From Isurus oxyrinchus (taxonomy: Eukaryota): a stretch of DNA of 64,000 nt. The notes beneath the pieces were generated by a model. That model was not told where the DNA came from. It saw only the letters and a program-made list of their open reading frames with translations, and did no database searches. The position numbers were made by a program, and so were the translations under genes. The stretch is from contig JANJGN010000071.1 of assembly GCA_026770705.1 (NCBI GenBank), forward strand, positions 1,736,001 to 1,800,000. The letters run 5' to 3'. Below, one piece after another: positions 12,336 through 24,379 of the stretch (the stretch's first letter is position 1; the number at the start of each line of letters is the position of its first letter).

Positions 12336-12559
12336 NNNNNNNNNNNNNNNNNNNNNNNNNNNNNNNNNNNNNNNNNNNNNNNNNNNNNNNNNNNNNNNNN
12401 NNNNNNNNNNNNNNNNNNNNNNNNNNNNNNNNNNNNNNNNNNNNNNNNNNNNNNNNNNNNNNNNNNNNNNNNNNNNNNNNNNNNNNNNNNNNNNNNNNNN
12501 NNNNNNNNNNNNNNNNNNNNNNNNNNNNNNNNNNNNNNNNNNNNNNNNNNNNNNNNNNN
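12336..12559. other. Assembly gap (other gaps at 13467-13611 and 27896-28074)
   Basis: Runs of N. Confidence 0.99.
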
Positions 12560-13867
12560 CAGACAGACACAAACACACACATTCACACACACACACATTC
12601 ACTCACACACTCACTCACACACACAAACACACACACAAAGACAATATCCCAATGACAACAAACTGCGATTAAGAACTTCCTACAACTTAACTAAGAGACC
12701 AAAGACATATTGAACTGTCTAAAAGCGACCTGTTTTTCAAAGAAATACAAGATTGTACACAGATCAAAAATGGCTGACACAAGTCACCTGATTGCTGATA
12801 CTGTGAAGTTGATCACTTCTCTGGAAAGGTTCAAATGAATTGCACTGCAGACCTGTTGCATGGAAGTTCACGCCTGGGGTGTGTCAGGGTCCACTTCAAA
12901 TAGAGACACTCTTAAAAGGAAGGCATTAAAATGTAAAGTGCTGGACTTTGATCAGCTGTAGTTCAATCAAAACATTGGGAACTGCTCACCAAGCGGATAA
13001 TCATCAACCATTCAAAACCCCCTGTGGAGGATACAATACCCCCGTCTCCTGTTGATTTATATCTTGAAATGCATCAACGGTTTCAGAGATGCAAAATAAA
13101 AAAATGGGAATACTTGGTCTATAACAATGAATGCAAAACATGCTGATCGAATTGACTTCAGGGATATACAGACAGGAGTTTAACAAATGGTTCTGCCAAG
13201 CAGATATAAGAGAAAGGAGGGGAAAAAGAAATATGGCAGTCTTCCACAAACACTGCTGGAAAAGAGCAGAAATTCTCTCTCTCTCTCTCTCTCTTTCTGA
13301 AGCTAACAGCGCATCTTCAACAAAGTGCAAATCTGAATCAAATCACCACCAGGATGCCACAGGAAACCAATTAACCTTGAACAGCTGCAAACGTCAACAA
13401 TCTACACCTCAAAGACAAGCTATTGTATTAATCATATATTCTTTTAAATTTTTATTGGACTCTAACNNNNNNNNNNNNNNNNNNNNNNNNNNNNNNNNNN
13501 NNNNNNNNNNNNNNNNNNNNNNNNNNNNNNNNNNNNNNNNNNNNNNNNNNNNNNNNNNNNNNNNNNNNNNNNNNNNNNNNNNNNNNNNNNNNNNNNNNNN
13601 NNNNNNNNNNNAGTGTGTGTCTGTCTATGTACCCTTGTGAGTGAGTGTGTGTGTGTGTGTACATGTGTGCGTGTGGATTGTTGCATCTTTATTATTAACG
13701 TTATTTAAAAATAGTGATCACACAAGCCTGGTTTCTAAGGAAATGAAACTGCAAACAATTTACAGTAAAGTGAAACGTACAGGAATAATCTATTTATTTT
13801 GAGCTGATGATATATAATTATACATGAGGCATGTTGCTAATTTCAAATGTCATCTGAAATATGGCAG

Positions 13868-14030
13868 GTCTGACAGTGCAGCACTCCCTCAGCACTGACC
13901 CTTTGAGAGTGCAGCACTCCTTCAGTACCGACCCTCCGACAGTGCAGCACTCCCTCAGTACTTACCCTCTGACAGTGCAGCACGCCCTCAGTACTGATCC
14001 TCTGACAGTGCAGCACTCCCTCACCACTCC
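13868..14030. repeat. 33-bp minisatellite, short array
   Basis: ~5 units of ctgacagtgcagcactccctcagtactgaccct. Confidence 0.9.
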
Positions 14031-14097
14031 CTCACTGGGGAGAATCTACCTGGGTTTTGAGCTGAAATCATGAGCAGGTCTTAAAACATTCTGTATC

Positions 14098-15785
14098 AGA
14101 GAGAGAGAGAGTGTCTGAGAGACAGAGAGAGACCGAGAGACTGTGTGAGAGAGAAAAAGAGATAGAGAGAGTGTGTGCATGTGTGAGGGAGAGTGTTTGT
14201 ATATGAGGGAGAGAGTGTGCATGTGATAATGTGTGAGAGAGAGTGTGTGGGAGAGAGCGTGTGTTTGTGACAGAGAGAGTGTGTGTGTGTGAGAGAGAGT
14301 GTGTGTGAGAGAGAGTGTGTGTGTGACAGAGAGTGTGTGTGTGTGTGAGAGAGAGTGTGTGTGAGAGAGCGTGTGTTTGTGACAGAGAGTGTGTGTGTGT
14401 GCGAGGGAGAGAAAGAGGGAGACAGCAGAAGAGCGAGATGAAGAGAAATGTTACATGTTTGAGAGAGAGAGAATGTGTGTGTCTGAGAGAGAGAGTGTGT
14501 GTGTGTGAGAGAGAGTGTGTGCTTGACAGAAAGAGAGATTGTGTTATTTTTAGGGAAAGTGTGTGAGTGTGTGAGAGAGTGTTTGTGTCTGAGAGAGAGA
14601 GAGAATGTATTTGAGGGAGGGAGACAGAGAGAATGTGTGTGTGAGAGAGAGAGAGATAGAGCAGAAGAGTGTGATAGAGAGAGATTGTGTTTGTTAGAGA
14701 GAGAAAGTGTGTGTGTGAGAGAGAGAGAGATAGAGCAGAAGAGTGTGATAGAGAGAGATTGTGAGTGTTAGAGAGAGAATGTGTGTGTGTGTGAGAGAGA
14801 TAGAGCAGAAGAGTGTGATAGAGAGAGATTGTGAGTGTTAGAGAGAGAAGGTGTGTGTGTGAGAGAGAGAGAGATAGAGCAGAAGAGTGCGATAGAGAGA
14901 GATTGTGAGTGTTAGAGAGAGAATGTGTGTGTGTGTGAGAGAGATAGAGCAGAAGAGTGTGATAGAGAGAGATTGTGAGTGTTAGAGAGAGAAGGTGTGT
15001 GTGTGTGAGAGAGAGAGATAGAGCAGAAGAGTGTGATAGAGAGAGATTGTGAGTGTTAGAGAGAGAATGTGTGTGTGAGAGAGAGAGAGATAGAGCAGAA
15101 GAGTGTGATAGAGAGAGATTGTGAGTGTTAGAGAGAGAATGTGTGTGTGTGAGAGAGAGAGAGATAGAGCAGAAGAGTGTGATAGAGAGAGATTGTGAGT
15201 GTTAGAGAGAGAATGTGTGTGTGTGAGAGAGAGAGAGAGAGCAGAAGAGTGTGATAGAGAGAGATTGTGTTTGTTAGAGAGAGAATGTGTGTGTGTGAGA
15301 GAGAGATAGAGCAGAAGAGTGTGATAGAGAGAGATTGTGTTTGTTAGAGAGAGAAAGTGTGTGTGTGAGAGAGAGAGAGACAGAGCAGAAGAGTGTGATA
15401 GAGAGAGATTGTGAATGTTAGAGAGAGAAAGTGTGTGTGAGAGAGAGAGAGATAGAGCAGAAGAGTGTGATAGAGAGAGATTGTGAGTGTTAGAGAGAGA
15501 ATGTGTGTGTGTGAGAGAGAGAGAGATAGAGCAGAAGAGTGTGATAGAGAGAGATTGTGAATGTTAGAGAGAGAATGTGTGTGTGAGAGAGAGATAGAGC
15601 AGAAGAGTGTGATAGAGAGAGATTGTGAGTGTTAGAGAGAGAATGTGTGTGTGTGAGAGAGAGAGAGAGATCGAGCAGAGGAGTGTTTTAGAGAGAGATT
15701 GTGTTTGTTAGAGAGAGAATGTGTGTGTGTGAGAGAGAGATAGAGCAGAAGAGTGTGATAGAGATTGTGAGTGTTAGAGAGAGAA

Positions 15786-15816
<31 letters not shown>

Positions 15817-16135
15817 GCAGAAGAGTGCGATAGAGAGAGATTGTGAGTGTTAGAGAGAGAATGTGTGTGTGTGAGAGAGAGAGAGAGATAGAGCAGAAGA
15901 GTGTGATAGAGAGAGATTGTGAGTGTTAGAGAGAGAATGTGTGTGTGTGTGAGAGAGAGAGATAGAGCAGAAGAGTGTGATAGAGAGAGATTGTGAGTGT
16001 TAGAGAGAGAATGTGTGTGTGAGAGAGAGAGATAGAGCAGAAGAGTGCGATAGAGAGAGATTGTGAGTGTTAGAGAGAGAATGTGAGTGTGAGAGAGAGA
16101 GATAGAGCAGAAGAGTGCGATAGATAGATATTGTG
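14098..16135. repeat. GA/GT microsatellite grading into a ~60-65 bp compound minisatellite (gatagagcagaagagtgtgatagagagagattgtgagtgttagagagagaatgtgtgtgt...)
   Basis: More than 20 tandem units from ~14.6 kb. Confidence 0.95.
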
Positions 16136-16401
16136 AGGGCTAAACTCACTGAGAGAAAAAGCTGGACACCCAGCACAGGGAGTGAGGGAACAATGAATTT
16201 TTGCCGTGTTTGGTGAATTGGTTTGCGATGTCCCTTCTCAATCTCTCCTTCCTTGTCTTGACATTAGTTTATTCCCTGGGGCTGTTTAACTCACTGAAAG
16301 GTGCCATTTAACCACAAGTTGTTGTTTGAGGAAGAAACGCTGGGGACAATTTATGAAAAAGTCTCTGTCTTTATCATTTCCATTTAGATGAGGAACTGAA
16401 G

Positions 16402-16447
16402 ATGGGAGAGGTCGGTCTGATATTGATCTTCATCAGCTTGCTGCAAG
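16402..16447 (+). CDS. Gene B signal-peptide exon (MGEVGLILIFISLLQ-G)
   Basis: Acceptor catttag at 16387, hydrophobic core, SLLQG|gt ending shared with the other leaders; phase 1. Confidence 0.8.
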
Positions 16448-16764
16448 GTACAAATTCATTACTGATCGGAACTCAGGGAATTGGATTCTTTCCTGGAGTG
16501 AGGAAGTGAACATTTAATTTTAGAGAACAGGGTTAGTGATCACACAGAGAGTGAGTGATTAGCGAGTCAGAGAATTTAGCAAAAGAAAAAGCCTCATACG
16601 GACTCGAAACACCAACTCTGTTTCTCTCTCCACAGATGCTGTCAGACCTGCTGAGTTTTTCCAGCATTTTCTGTTTGTGCACCAGAGAGCTTGTTTCAAT
16701 AGGAATGACAGTGCATTTATATAGCACCTTTAATGCAGTAAAACATCCTTATTGCTTCACAGGA

Positions 16765-17200
16765 TTCCCCCACAAGGGGTAACATCCCCTCAGCATCGAC
16801 CCTGTCAAACCCCCCACCACCTCAGAATCTTATATGTTTCAATAAGATCACCTCTCATTCTTCTAAACTCCAATGGATACAGGGCCCGACCTGCTCAACA
16901 TTTCCTCATAAGACAAACCCCCTTCATCCCAGGAATCAGCCCAGTGATCCTCCTCTGAACTGCCTCCAATGCAGAGTCTATCCCTCCCTAAGTAAGGAGA
17001 CCAGAACTGTACACACTGCTCCTGATACAATCTCACCAACGCCCTGTGCAGCTGTTGCAAGACTTCCCTCCTTTTATACTCCATCCCTTTGCAATAAAGG
17101 CCAACATTCCACTTGCCTTCCTCATTCCGTGCTGTTCCTGAATGCTGACTTTCTGTGATTCATGTACAAGGACACCCAGATCCCTTTGTTCCGCATTCTG
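16765..17200 (-). mobile_element. CR1 LINE fragment
   Basis: MEYKRREVLQQLHRALVRLYQEQCVQFWSPYL on the minus strand. Confidence 0.85.
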
Positions 17201-17267
17201 CTGCCTCTCTCCATTGAAGTAATATTCTGCTTTTTGATGTCCTGTCTCTTCCCTTGTTGCCTTTCAG

Positions 17268-17555
17268 GAGTGACGTCAGAGGGATGGTCTATGAAGGCGC
17301 TGCCTCGGAGGGCCATCAGCAGCTCTTGTGTGGTTATTCCGTGTAGCTTTGACTTTCCTTCCCACTCTTACACAGCACTGCATGGAGCTTGGTATAAATA
17401 TTGGTATAGATGGAAATATACCATCACATACACCAAAGATCCCAACTATGGGATGGCCACATTCGTGGGACGTGCTAAAATAATCGGCGACTTGGAAGGG
17501 AAGAATTGTTTGGTGAGGATTGACAGTCTCAGAGCTGAAGACAGTGATGTGTATT
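17268..17555 (+). pseudogene. Gene B Siglec/MAG-like V-set exon, 3'-truncated
   Basis: ctttcag|GA. W..SCVVIPCSFDFP..HGAWY..F.GRAKIIGDLEGKNCLVRIDSLRAEDSDVY, then an abrupt switch to Gypsy sequence and a stop at 17567. Confidence 0.85.
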
Positions 17556-18700
17556 GCACCCAATTCTAAATCTTTTCACCAATTAGTCGACCTCATGAAG
17601 ATGTGTTTTCAGCTGAAGCCGTGGGTAATAATGAAAAGGTTTAAGTTTAACTCCAGAGTAAGGGCCCAGGGAGAGTCCATCGCAACCTATACAGTGAAGT
17701 GGAAGCAGGTGACTGAGCACTGGGACCTCGGAGACACACTCAATGACATGTTGCGGGGCCGATTGGTTTGTGTCGTTCACCCCAACGCCATTCAGAGCTG
17801 TTTACTCACAGAAGCCGACATCAATTTGAAGCGCTCCATGAAAATAGCGCCAGGCATGGAAAGTGCTGGGAGAGACTGGCGGGATTTACAGGATGTACAA
17901 CATGGCACCAGTCCTCAGCTGGGACAGGAAACAACCACCGGGCGTGAGGCTCAAACTGGAGAGAGAGAGAGAGAGAGAGAGACAGCCACCAAGCGAGAGA
18001 CAGTCTCTGCCGCTCCAGAAACTAAAAGGCTTCGTGGGAGTATTTCAGCAGCAACTCCGAAGTTGGTCTGTTCTCGATGTGGGGGGCATTGAGCACGTAC
18101 TGGACACCTGCAGGTCCAAGGGGGCAGAATGCCATCACTGCCACAAGAAAGGGGCGGGTAATAAAGCAATGCAGGGTGAAATCGAGACAGCCCATCAGGC
18201 AGTGCACCAACATGATGGAAGTGAATAATATCACAGAGCCTGAAGCTGCTGATACCGATGTCTATTCCCTGTCCAATGTCACAGTGGTAAAAACTGAACC
18301 TATAACCATCACAACCCAAGTGAATGGGCAGCCACTAGTAATGGGGCAGATACGGGAGCCTCAGACACAGTGGTGGAAGAGCCCACATTTAAACAGCTAA
18401 ATGAAGGAACCCAGACGCTGAATTTAGAGCCAACAATGGATCAGCTGAAGACACACACTGGAGAATCCATACAGGGAAAGGACCTCATCCCAGTACCTGT
18501 GTCCTACAGGCAGCAGACAGCCCAGCTTCCAGTGATCATAGCGACAGGTGAGGGCCCTAGTCTTCTGGGCCGAGACTGGTTCCAGAAAACCAAGCTCAGC
18601 TGCTCTGAAATGTTTCACTGGAGGAGTTGCTGAGTTGCTGGGGGAATATGAGAGTGTATCTCGGAATGAGTTTGAAGAATTGAAGCATCCTCACAGGCTG
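17556..18700 (+). mobile_element. Gypsy/Ty3 LTR-retrotransposon gag-protease relic
   Basis: RFKFNSRVRAQGESIATY...LNDMLRGRLVC, CSRCGGH and CHHCHKKG zinc knuckles, VNGQPL..DTG-like and GEGPSLLGRDW protease motifs; frameshifted. Confidence 0.85.
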
Positions 18701-18929
18701 CAAGTGTCCCTCAGGTCAGAGTTGGTTCCACTGGAAAATCCTGAAGAGAAAGAAAGCGAATTCTGTGCCGCTCTGAGCAAACTGAAGAAACAGTTGGCAG
18801 GGAAGACCCAACCATGTCCAATGTTCCAGGAGGAAGGCAAGAGATACAAGGAAGAGACTGAAGAGCTGAAGATTCAGCTGAATGAAACCAAAGAGGCAGT
18901 TACAGTATCACAACAAGTTTACAGTGCAG

Positions 18930-19385
18930 AAGGAGGCCATTCAGCCCCCTCAAGCCTGTTACACAGGAACAGGAAGAGGCCCATTCAGCCCCCTCGAGAC
19001 TGTTACACAGGAACAGGAAGAGGCCCATTCAGCCCCCTCGAGACTGTTACACAGGAACAGAAGGGGGCCATTCAGCCCATTGAGCCTGTTACACAGGAAC
19101 AGGAAGAGGCCATTCAGCCTCCTCAAGACTGTTACACAGGAACAGGAGCAAGCCCATTCAGCCACTGATGTCTGTTACACAGGAACGGAAGGAGGCCCAT
19201 TTAGCTCCTCAAGCCTGTTACACAGGAACTGGAGGAGGCCCATTCAGCTCCCTCGAGCCTGTTACACAAGAACAGGAGGAGGCCCATTCAGCCCCATTGA
19301 GCCTGTTACACAGAAAAAGGACGAGGCCCATTCAGCCACTGATGCCCGTTACACAGGAACAGGAGGAGGCCATTCAGCCCCTTGT
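18930..19385. repeat. ~42-bp minisatellite (acacaggaacaggaggaggccattcagcccctcgagcctgtt)n
   Basis: ~11 tandem units. Confidence 0.9.
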
Positions 19386-20614
19386 AGGGTGTGGTGGTGT
19401 GTGACAGCTTCACCTGCGACTTCTGAGCCGTCTGAATCACTCCCACTCCCTGGGTTCTAGACCTTGGACTTATTCGGGGCTTGTCACAAAGTGCAGCAGA
19501 CAACTGGTTTTGGTGCAAGACAAAAACTGAGTTTATTGAAGTCACAAATGAACTTCTAACATTAGGATGACACTGAGATTATACAGACTTACAAAGTACA
19601 CTGAGTTAAGAATAGGGAACACATGGCATAACGAGGGAGAATCACGCTACTAATGCCCTTACCCTTGTCCCACCCCCCATCCCTAACTAAATTGCACTAG
19701 GAGAGGTCAGGGGTCACGCTCACCAACCCAGGGTTCCTTGACAGGTGGAAATCCAGCCAGGTAAGCCGGTTGCAGTTTTGGGGGACGCTCTTAGTGTCCT
19801 CTGGGGCCTGTCATCCCCACGTGGTCCTGGTCTGTGGAATCTGTGAAGGGTCTTCAGTTGGGTGGAGGGCGCGGTTGTGGGTGGTCGATCTTCATGGAGG
19901 GCAGCGGTTGTGGCCTTGTTGTCTTCGGTTGAGCCTGCCACCCCGTGCCCCTCACCGTGATGTTGCCTGTGGGCCTGCAAACCTCCAGATCTCCTTGCTT
20001 AAACTCTGTTTCAACCGCTCCCAACTGCTCACTGCCCTGTGTCAGCTTTCAACACTGCAACCCTTCTGCTGGCTGGTTTCTCTCCCAACTGACTGCCCAC
20101 TTATACTGCCTTTCGAGTTTCTTATCGCAATCCAAATCAAGGTTCGTTCTTTGTTTGACTTTGGTGGGCTTCCCCAGGTGATTGATATCTCGTTGTTGTT
20201 AATGGGCTCGCATGATGTTTATCATTGTCTTCCTGCCCAGTAACTAGTTTTGAACTGAAAGCCATTGTATGTGTGGAGTATTGATGGGTTCGCATAATTA
20301 AATTGCCGGCCTCAGAAGTTAGGAGCGATTATTGATGCAAGATTTAGATGGGCTTCAGTTGCGTGTGAAGTGAAGTCTTTCTCTGGGTTGATTGTATTAA
20401 AGGGAAGAATGCGTATTCTGTCTCCTCTCGTTGTCTGGTTTCAGGCCAAACATTCCACACTGCTCTCAATAAGCCCGGACATGTGCAGCCCCAGGCCTTC
20501 ATGGGCCCAGCCTCCTGTCTGCAGGGTTTTCCACTTAACTCAGCAGTTTAAAGGTGCAAAAGTGATATCCTTGTTGATGATATGGAAAATGTGGGAATTT
20601 TGAGAACCCTTCAA

Positions 20615-20900
20615 GAGATAGGGAGGGTTACAGGGGCTGGAGGAGGTTACAGGTATAGGGAGGGGTGTAGGGGTTGAAGGTGGTTACAGAGATGGGGAGG
20701 GTTGTGGGGGTTGGAGGTGGTTACAGAGATGGGGAGGGTTGTGGGGGTTGGAGGTGGTTACAGATATAGGGAGGGGTGTAGGGGTTGAAGGTGGTTACAG
20801 AGATGGGGAGGGTTGTAGAGGCAGGTGGAGGCTGCCTTAGGGAGGGTTGTAGGGGCTGGAGGAAAGGGACAGAGAGAGGAGGTTACAGATATAGGGAGGG
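20615..20900. repeat. ~35-bp minisatellite (ggttacagagatagggagggttgtaggggctggagga)n
   Basis: Tandem units; reverse complement of the array at 23550. Confidence 0.9.
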
Positions 20901-21044
20901 AGACAGTCAGAGAGAGAGCCTCCAGGAGATAGAGAGCGATAGAGAGATTGAGAGACAGACAGAGACTGAGAGAGGGAGAAGAGAGAAGGAGAGTGAGAGA
21001 GAGAGAGAACAAGTGTGAAAGATGGTGGAAGGGAAGAGTGGGGA

Positions 21045-21403
21045 GGTGTTGGCCTGATGGTATTTTCACTGGACCAGTAATCCAGAGACCCAGTGTAATG
21101 CTCCTGGGACCCTGGTTAGAATCTCACCACAGCAGTTGGTGGAATTTCAATTCAATAAAAACCTGGAATTAAAAGTCCGATGATGACCAGGAAACCATTG
21201 CTGATTCTTGTATTTGGGTCACAAATGCCCTTTAGGGAGGGAAATCTGCTGTCCTTACCTGGTCTGGCCTACATGTGACTCCAGACCCACAGCAATGTGG
21301 TTGACTTTTAAAAAGTGGCCTCTGAACAAGGGCAATTAGGGTTGGGCAATAAATGCTGGCCTAGGCAGTGATGTCCACATCACATGAAAGAATGAAATAA
21401 AAG
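21045..21403 (+). mobile_element. tRNA-type SINE (probably Meta-domain family) sharing its 3' tail with the LINE at 8630-10706
   Basis: tRNA-like 5' head; core tttagggagggaaatctgctgtccttacctggtctggcctacatgtgactccagacccacagcaatgtgg; tail gggcaattagggttgggcaataaatgctggcctag...gaatgaaataaaa. Confidence 0.7.
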
Positions 21404-21984
21404 GACAGAGAGGGACAGACAGAGTCGAGAGACACCCAGAATGAAAAAAACACAGTAAACACTGGAAAATAAACATTCTGGTCTGATCTGGTCTTGTATA
21501 CCTTCAAATGGAACACCAGTAAAACAGGGAAATAAGAGTACTGGGCCAAACTGTTAGAGAGGGGCACATTTAGAGAGAGAGAGAGAGATAGAAAGAGGGA
21601 GACACTGAAAGAGATAAGGACAAGGAAAGAAAGAGTGAGAGAGAGAGACAGACAGAGACACACAAAGAAGTAGAAAGAAAGTGATAGAGATGAAGCAGGA
21701 GAGAATGAGGAGAAAGATAGATAGATAGAGAGAGAGGATGGTAGAGAAAGAGAACGAGAGGAAAAGAGACAAAGGCAGAATGTGATGGAACACTGAATCC
21801 TTGTCTATGCGTTTTGAAATCCAGCCCAGAACTATCATTGGAAGATTCAGCGAGTGTCCAGTACAGGGGACCCAGCCCAACCTTCTCATCCTGACCTTCC
21901 CAGTGGGGCTGAAGAGGGCAGAGAGGAAACCTTCCTCTGTTATTCTGTTGTCGAATAAACACAACAATTCTGGAACTCTGCCCT

Positions 21985-22600
21985 TTCTATCTCACGGATT
22001 AGAATATAAGGGGGCAGAGGTCATGCTTCAGTCTACATAAAGCCCTGGCTAGACCACACCTGGAGTCACTGTGAGACATTCTGGGCCCCACACCTTAGGA
22101 AGGATATATTGACCTCGGAGGGAGAGCAGTGTCAGTTTACCAGAATGAGACCGGGACTCCAAGGGTTAAATCACAAGGAGAGATTAAACACAAACTCGGC
22201 TTGTATTCCCTGGAAGTTACAATGTTAAGCAGGAGATTTGATGAAAGTTCGCATGATATTAAGGGGAACAGATCGGGGGCGATAAAGAGAAACCATTTCC
22301 CCTGGTTGGGGGGAGTCTGGGACTCGGGGTCAGAGCCTAAATAGGAGAGGCTGACCTTTCAGGAGTGAAATTAGGAAGCACAAAGTGTGGGAGAAATTTG
22401 GAACGGTCTTCCCCAAACTGAAACTGATGCACGATCAAGTTGTTCATTTTAAACCTGTGAGACTGATAGATTTTTGTTATCCAAAGGTATTAAAGGAGAT
22501 GGGACAAAGGCATATGGGGCTAGTTTGCAGATCAGCCATGATCTTATTGAATGGTGGAGCAGGCTCGAGGGGCCAAATGGCCTCCTCCTACCCTCATGTA
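21985..22600 (+). mobile_element. CR1 LINE 3' fragment
   Basis: GLEYKGAEVMLQ, LGLYSLE and CR1-type 3' end gggccaaatggcctcctcct. Confidence 0.8.
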
Positions 22601-23258
22601 ATAGAAACTTACCTGTCAGAAGCCAGTTTATGTTGATGTGAGTCTGAGTCGATGACTGAACCCAGTTGGTGACTTGTTCCATACAAAGCAAGAACGTTCA
22701 TGCCCTTCAATGTTCCTGGATAAACCATGAACAAAGCTGGTGACAGACAGTCTCCACATGGTAAACACTGACCGATCAACACATGACATGGCTGTTAACC
22801 CTTAAACCTCAGCGTAAATCAGTTCCCCCTCGAGGCCCCTTGTCCAAAATAAAAGCAACGCACACAATTTGTAAAATAGTAAGTGTAGCAATGAGAGGAG
22901 TAAGGGGTTAGGGGGCATGCGGTTCACCTGATTTGCCGACATAAGAACCAGCCCCTCTGTTTTTGCTATGTTGTGTTGCGTCAATATGAACACATATTTG
23001 CACAAGGTGAAGGGCGTTGCGGAGGGACTGACAGTTCTCGGCGCCAGACAGTCAATGTCCCAGTGACCTTACTGCTGGTCCCAGGCCAGTGGGACAGGGA
23101 ACATCGACACTGCAATATCCAGAAATGGGTGTGATACTACACAGCAACCCGCCCCCGGCTGTCCCCTTCAAGTGTTTCAGGTATAAGAGCAGGAAACTCC
23201 TCTAGTTACAAACCAAAGCATCAAAGCAGAGCCAGAAGATCAGAAGAGACAGGCAGAG

Positions 23259-23351
23259 ATGGGAAGCTCCCAGATGAAATGGCGACTTGTCTTGTTCACT
23301 CTGACTTTGCTGCTCTCCCTGCAGCTGAGTCACTTCTTCTCCTTGTCAAGG
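23259..23351 (+). CDS. Candidate signal-peptide/anchor exon MGSSQMKWRLVLFTLTLLLSLQLSHFFSLSR (phase 0 donor)
   Basis: Good Kozak gagATGG, upstream in-frame stop at 23184, hydrophobic core, strong donor AGG|gtaagc. Confidence 0.45.
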
Positions 23352-23549
23352 GTAAGCTAAGAGATGTCCCTCTGGGTGAGGTATTTCTTGCACATGACTC
23401 TACATCTACCACCCAGATAGACTGGTCACTTCCGCAGTTTGATATTATTATGTTCGTGCCTTTAATATTGTCGCCCTCTATGAATTTAACATCATTTCCT
23501 TCTGTCATTTCCCCTGAAATTCTCATTCTTGTTTTCAATCCCTCCTCAG

Positions 23550-24375
23550 CGACTCCCTATCTCTGTAACCTCCTCCGGCCCGTACAACGCTCCCTATCTC
23601 TGTAAACTCCTCCAGCCCCTACAACCCTCCCTATCTCTGTAACCTCCTCCAGCCGCTACAACCCTCCCTATATCTGTAACCTCCTCCAGCCCCTACAACA
23701 ATCCCCATCTCTGTAACTTCCTCCAGCCCCTACAACTGTCCCTATCTCTGTTACCTCCTCCAGCCCCTACAACACTCCCTATCTCCGTAACCTCCTCCAG
23801 CCCCTACAACCCTCCCTATCTCTGTAACCTCCTCCAGCCCCTATAAACCTCCCTATCTCTGTAACCTCCCCCAGGCCCCACAACCCTCATGATCACTGTA
23901 ACCTCCTCTAGACTCTACAACCCTCCCTATCTCTGTAACATCCTCCAGACCCTACAACCCTCCCTATCTCTGTAACCTCCTCCAGGCCCCACGACCCTCA
24001 GAATCACTGTAACCTCCTCCAGCCCCTACAATGCTCATGAACTCTATAACGTCCTCTCCACACTATAACTCTCCCTATCTCTGTAACCTACTGTGGCCCC
24101 TACAGCAGTATCTATTTTGGTAACCTCCTCCAGCCTCTACAACCCTCCTTACCTCTGTAACCTCCTCCAGCCCCCACAACCCCCCCCATCTCTTTAACCT
24201 CCTACAGCCCCTACTCACCTCCCTATCTCTGTAACCTCCTACAGCCCCTACAACCTTCCCTATCTCTGTCACCTCCTACAGCCTCTAGAACCCTCCCTAT
24301 CTCTGTTACCTCCTACAGCCTCTACAACCCTCCCTATCTCTGTAACCTCCTCCAGCCGGAACAACCCTACCTAAA
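23550..24375. repeat. ~35-bp minisatellite (ccctacaaccctccctatctctgtaacctcctccagc)n
   Basis: ~23 tandem units. Confidence 0.95.
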
Positions 24376-24379
24376 TCTC

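Noticed and set aside
12600-13466. LTR-like segment between two gaps
   Set aside because: Ends are hidden by gaps, so it cannot be classified
19390-20610. Possible further LTR-element remnant on the minus strand
   Set aside because: No recognisable protein motif or confident termini
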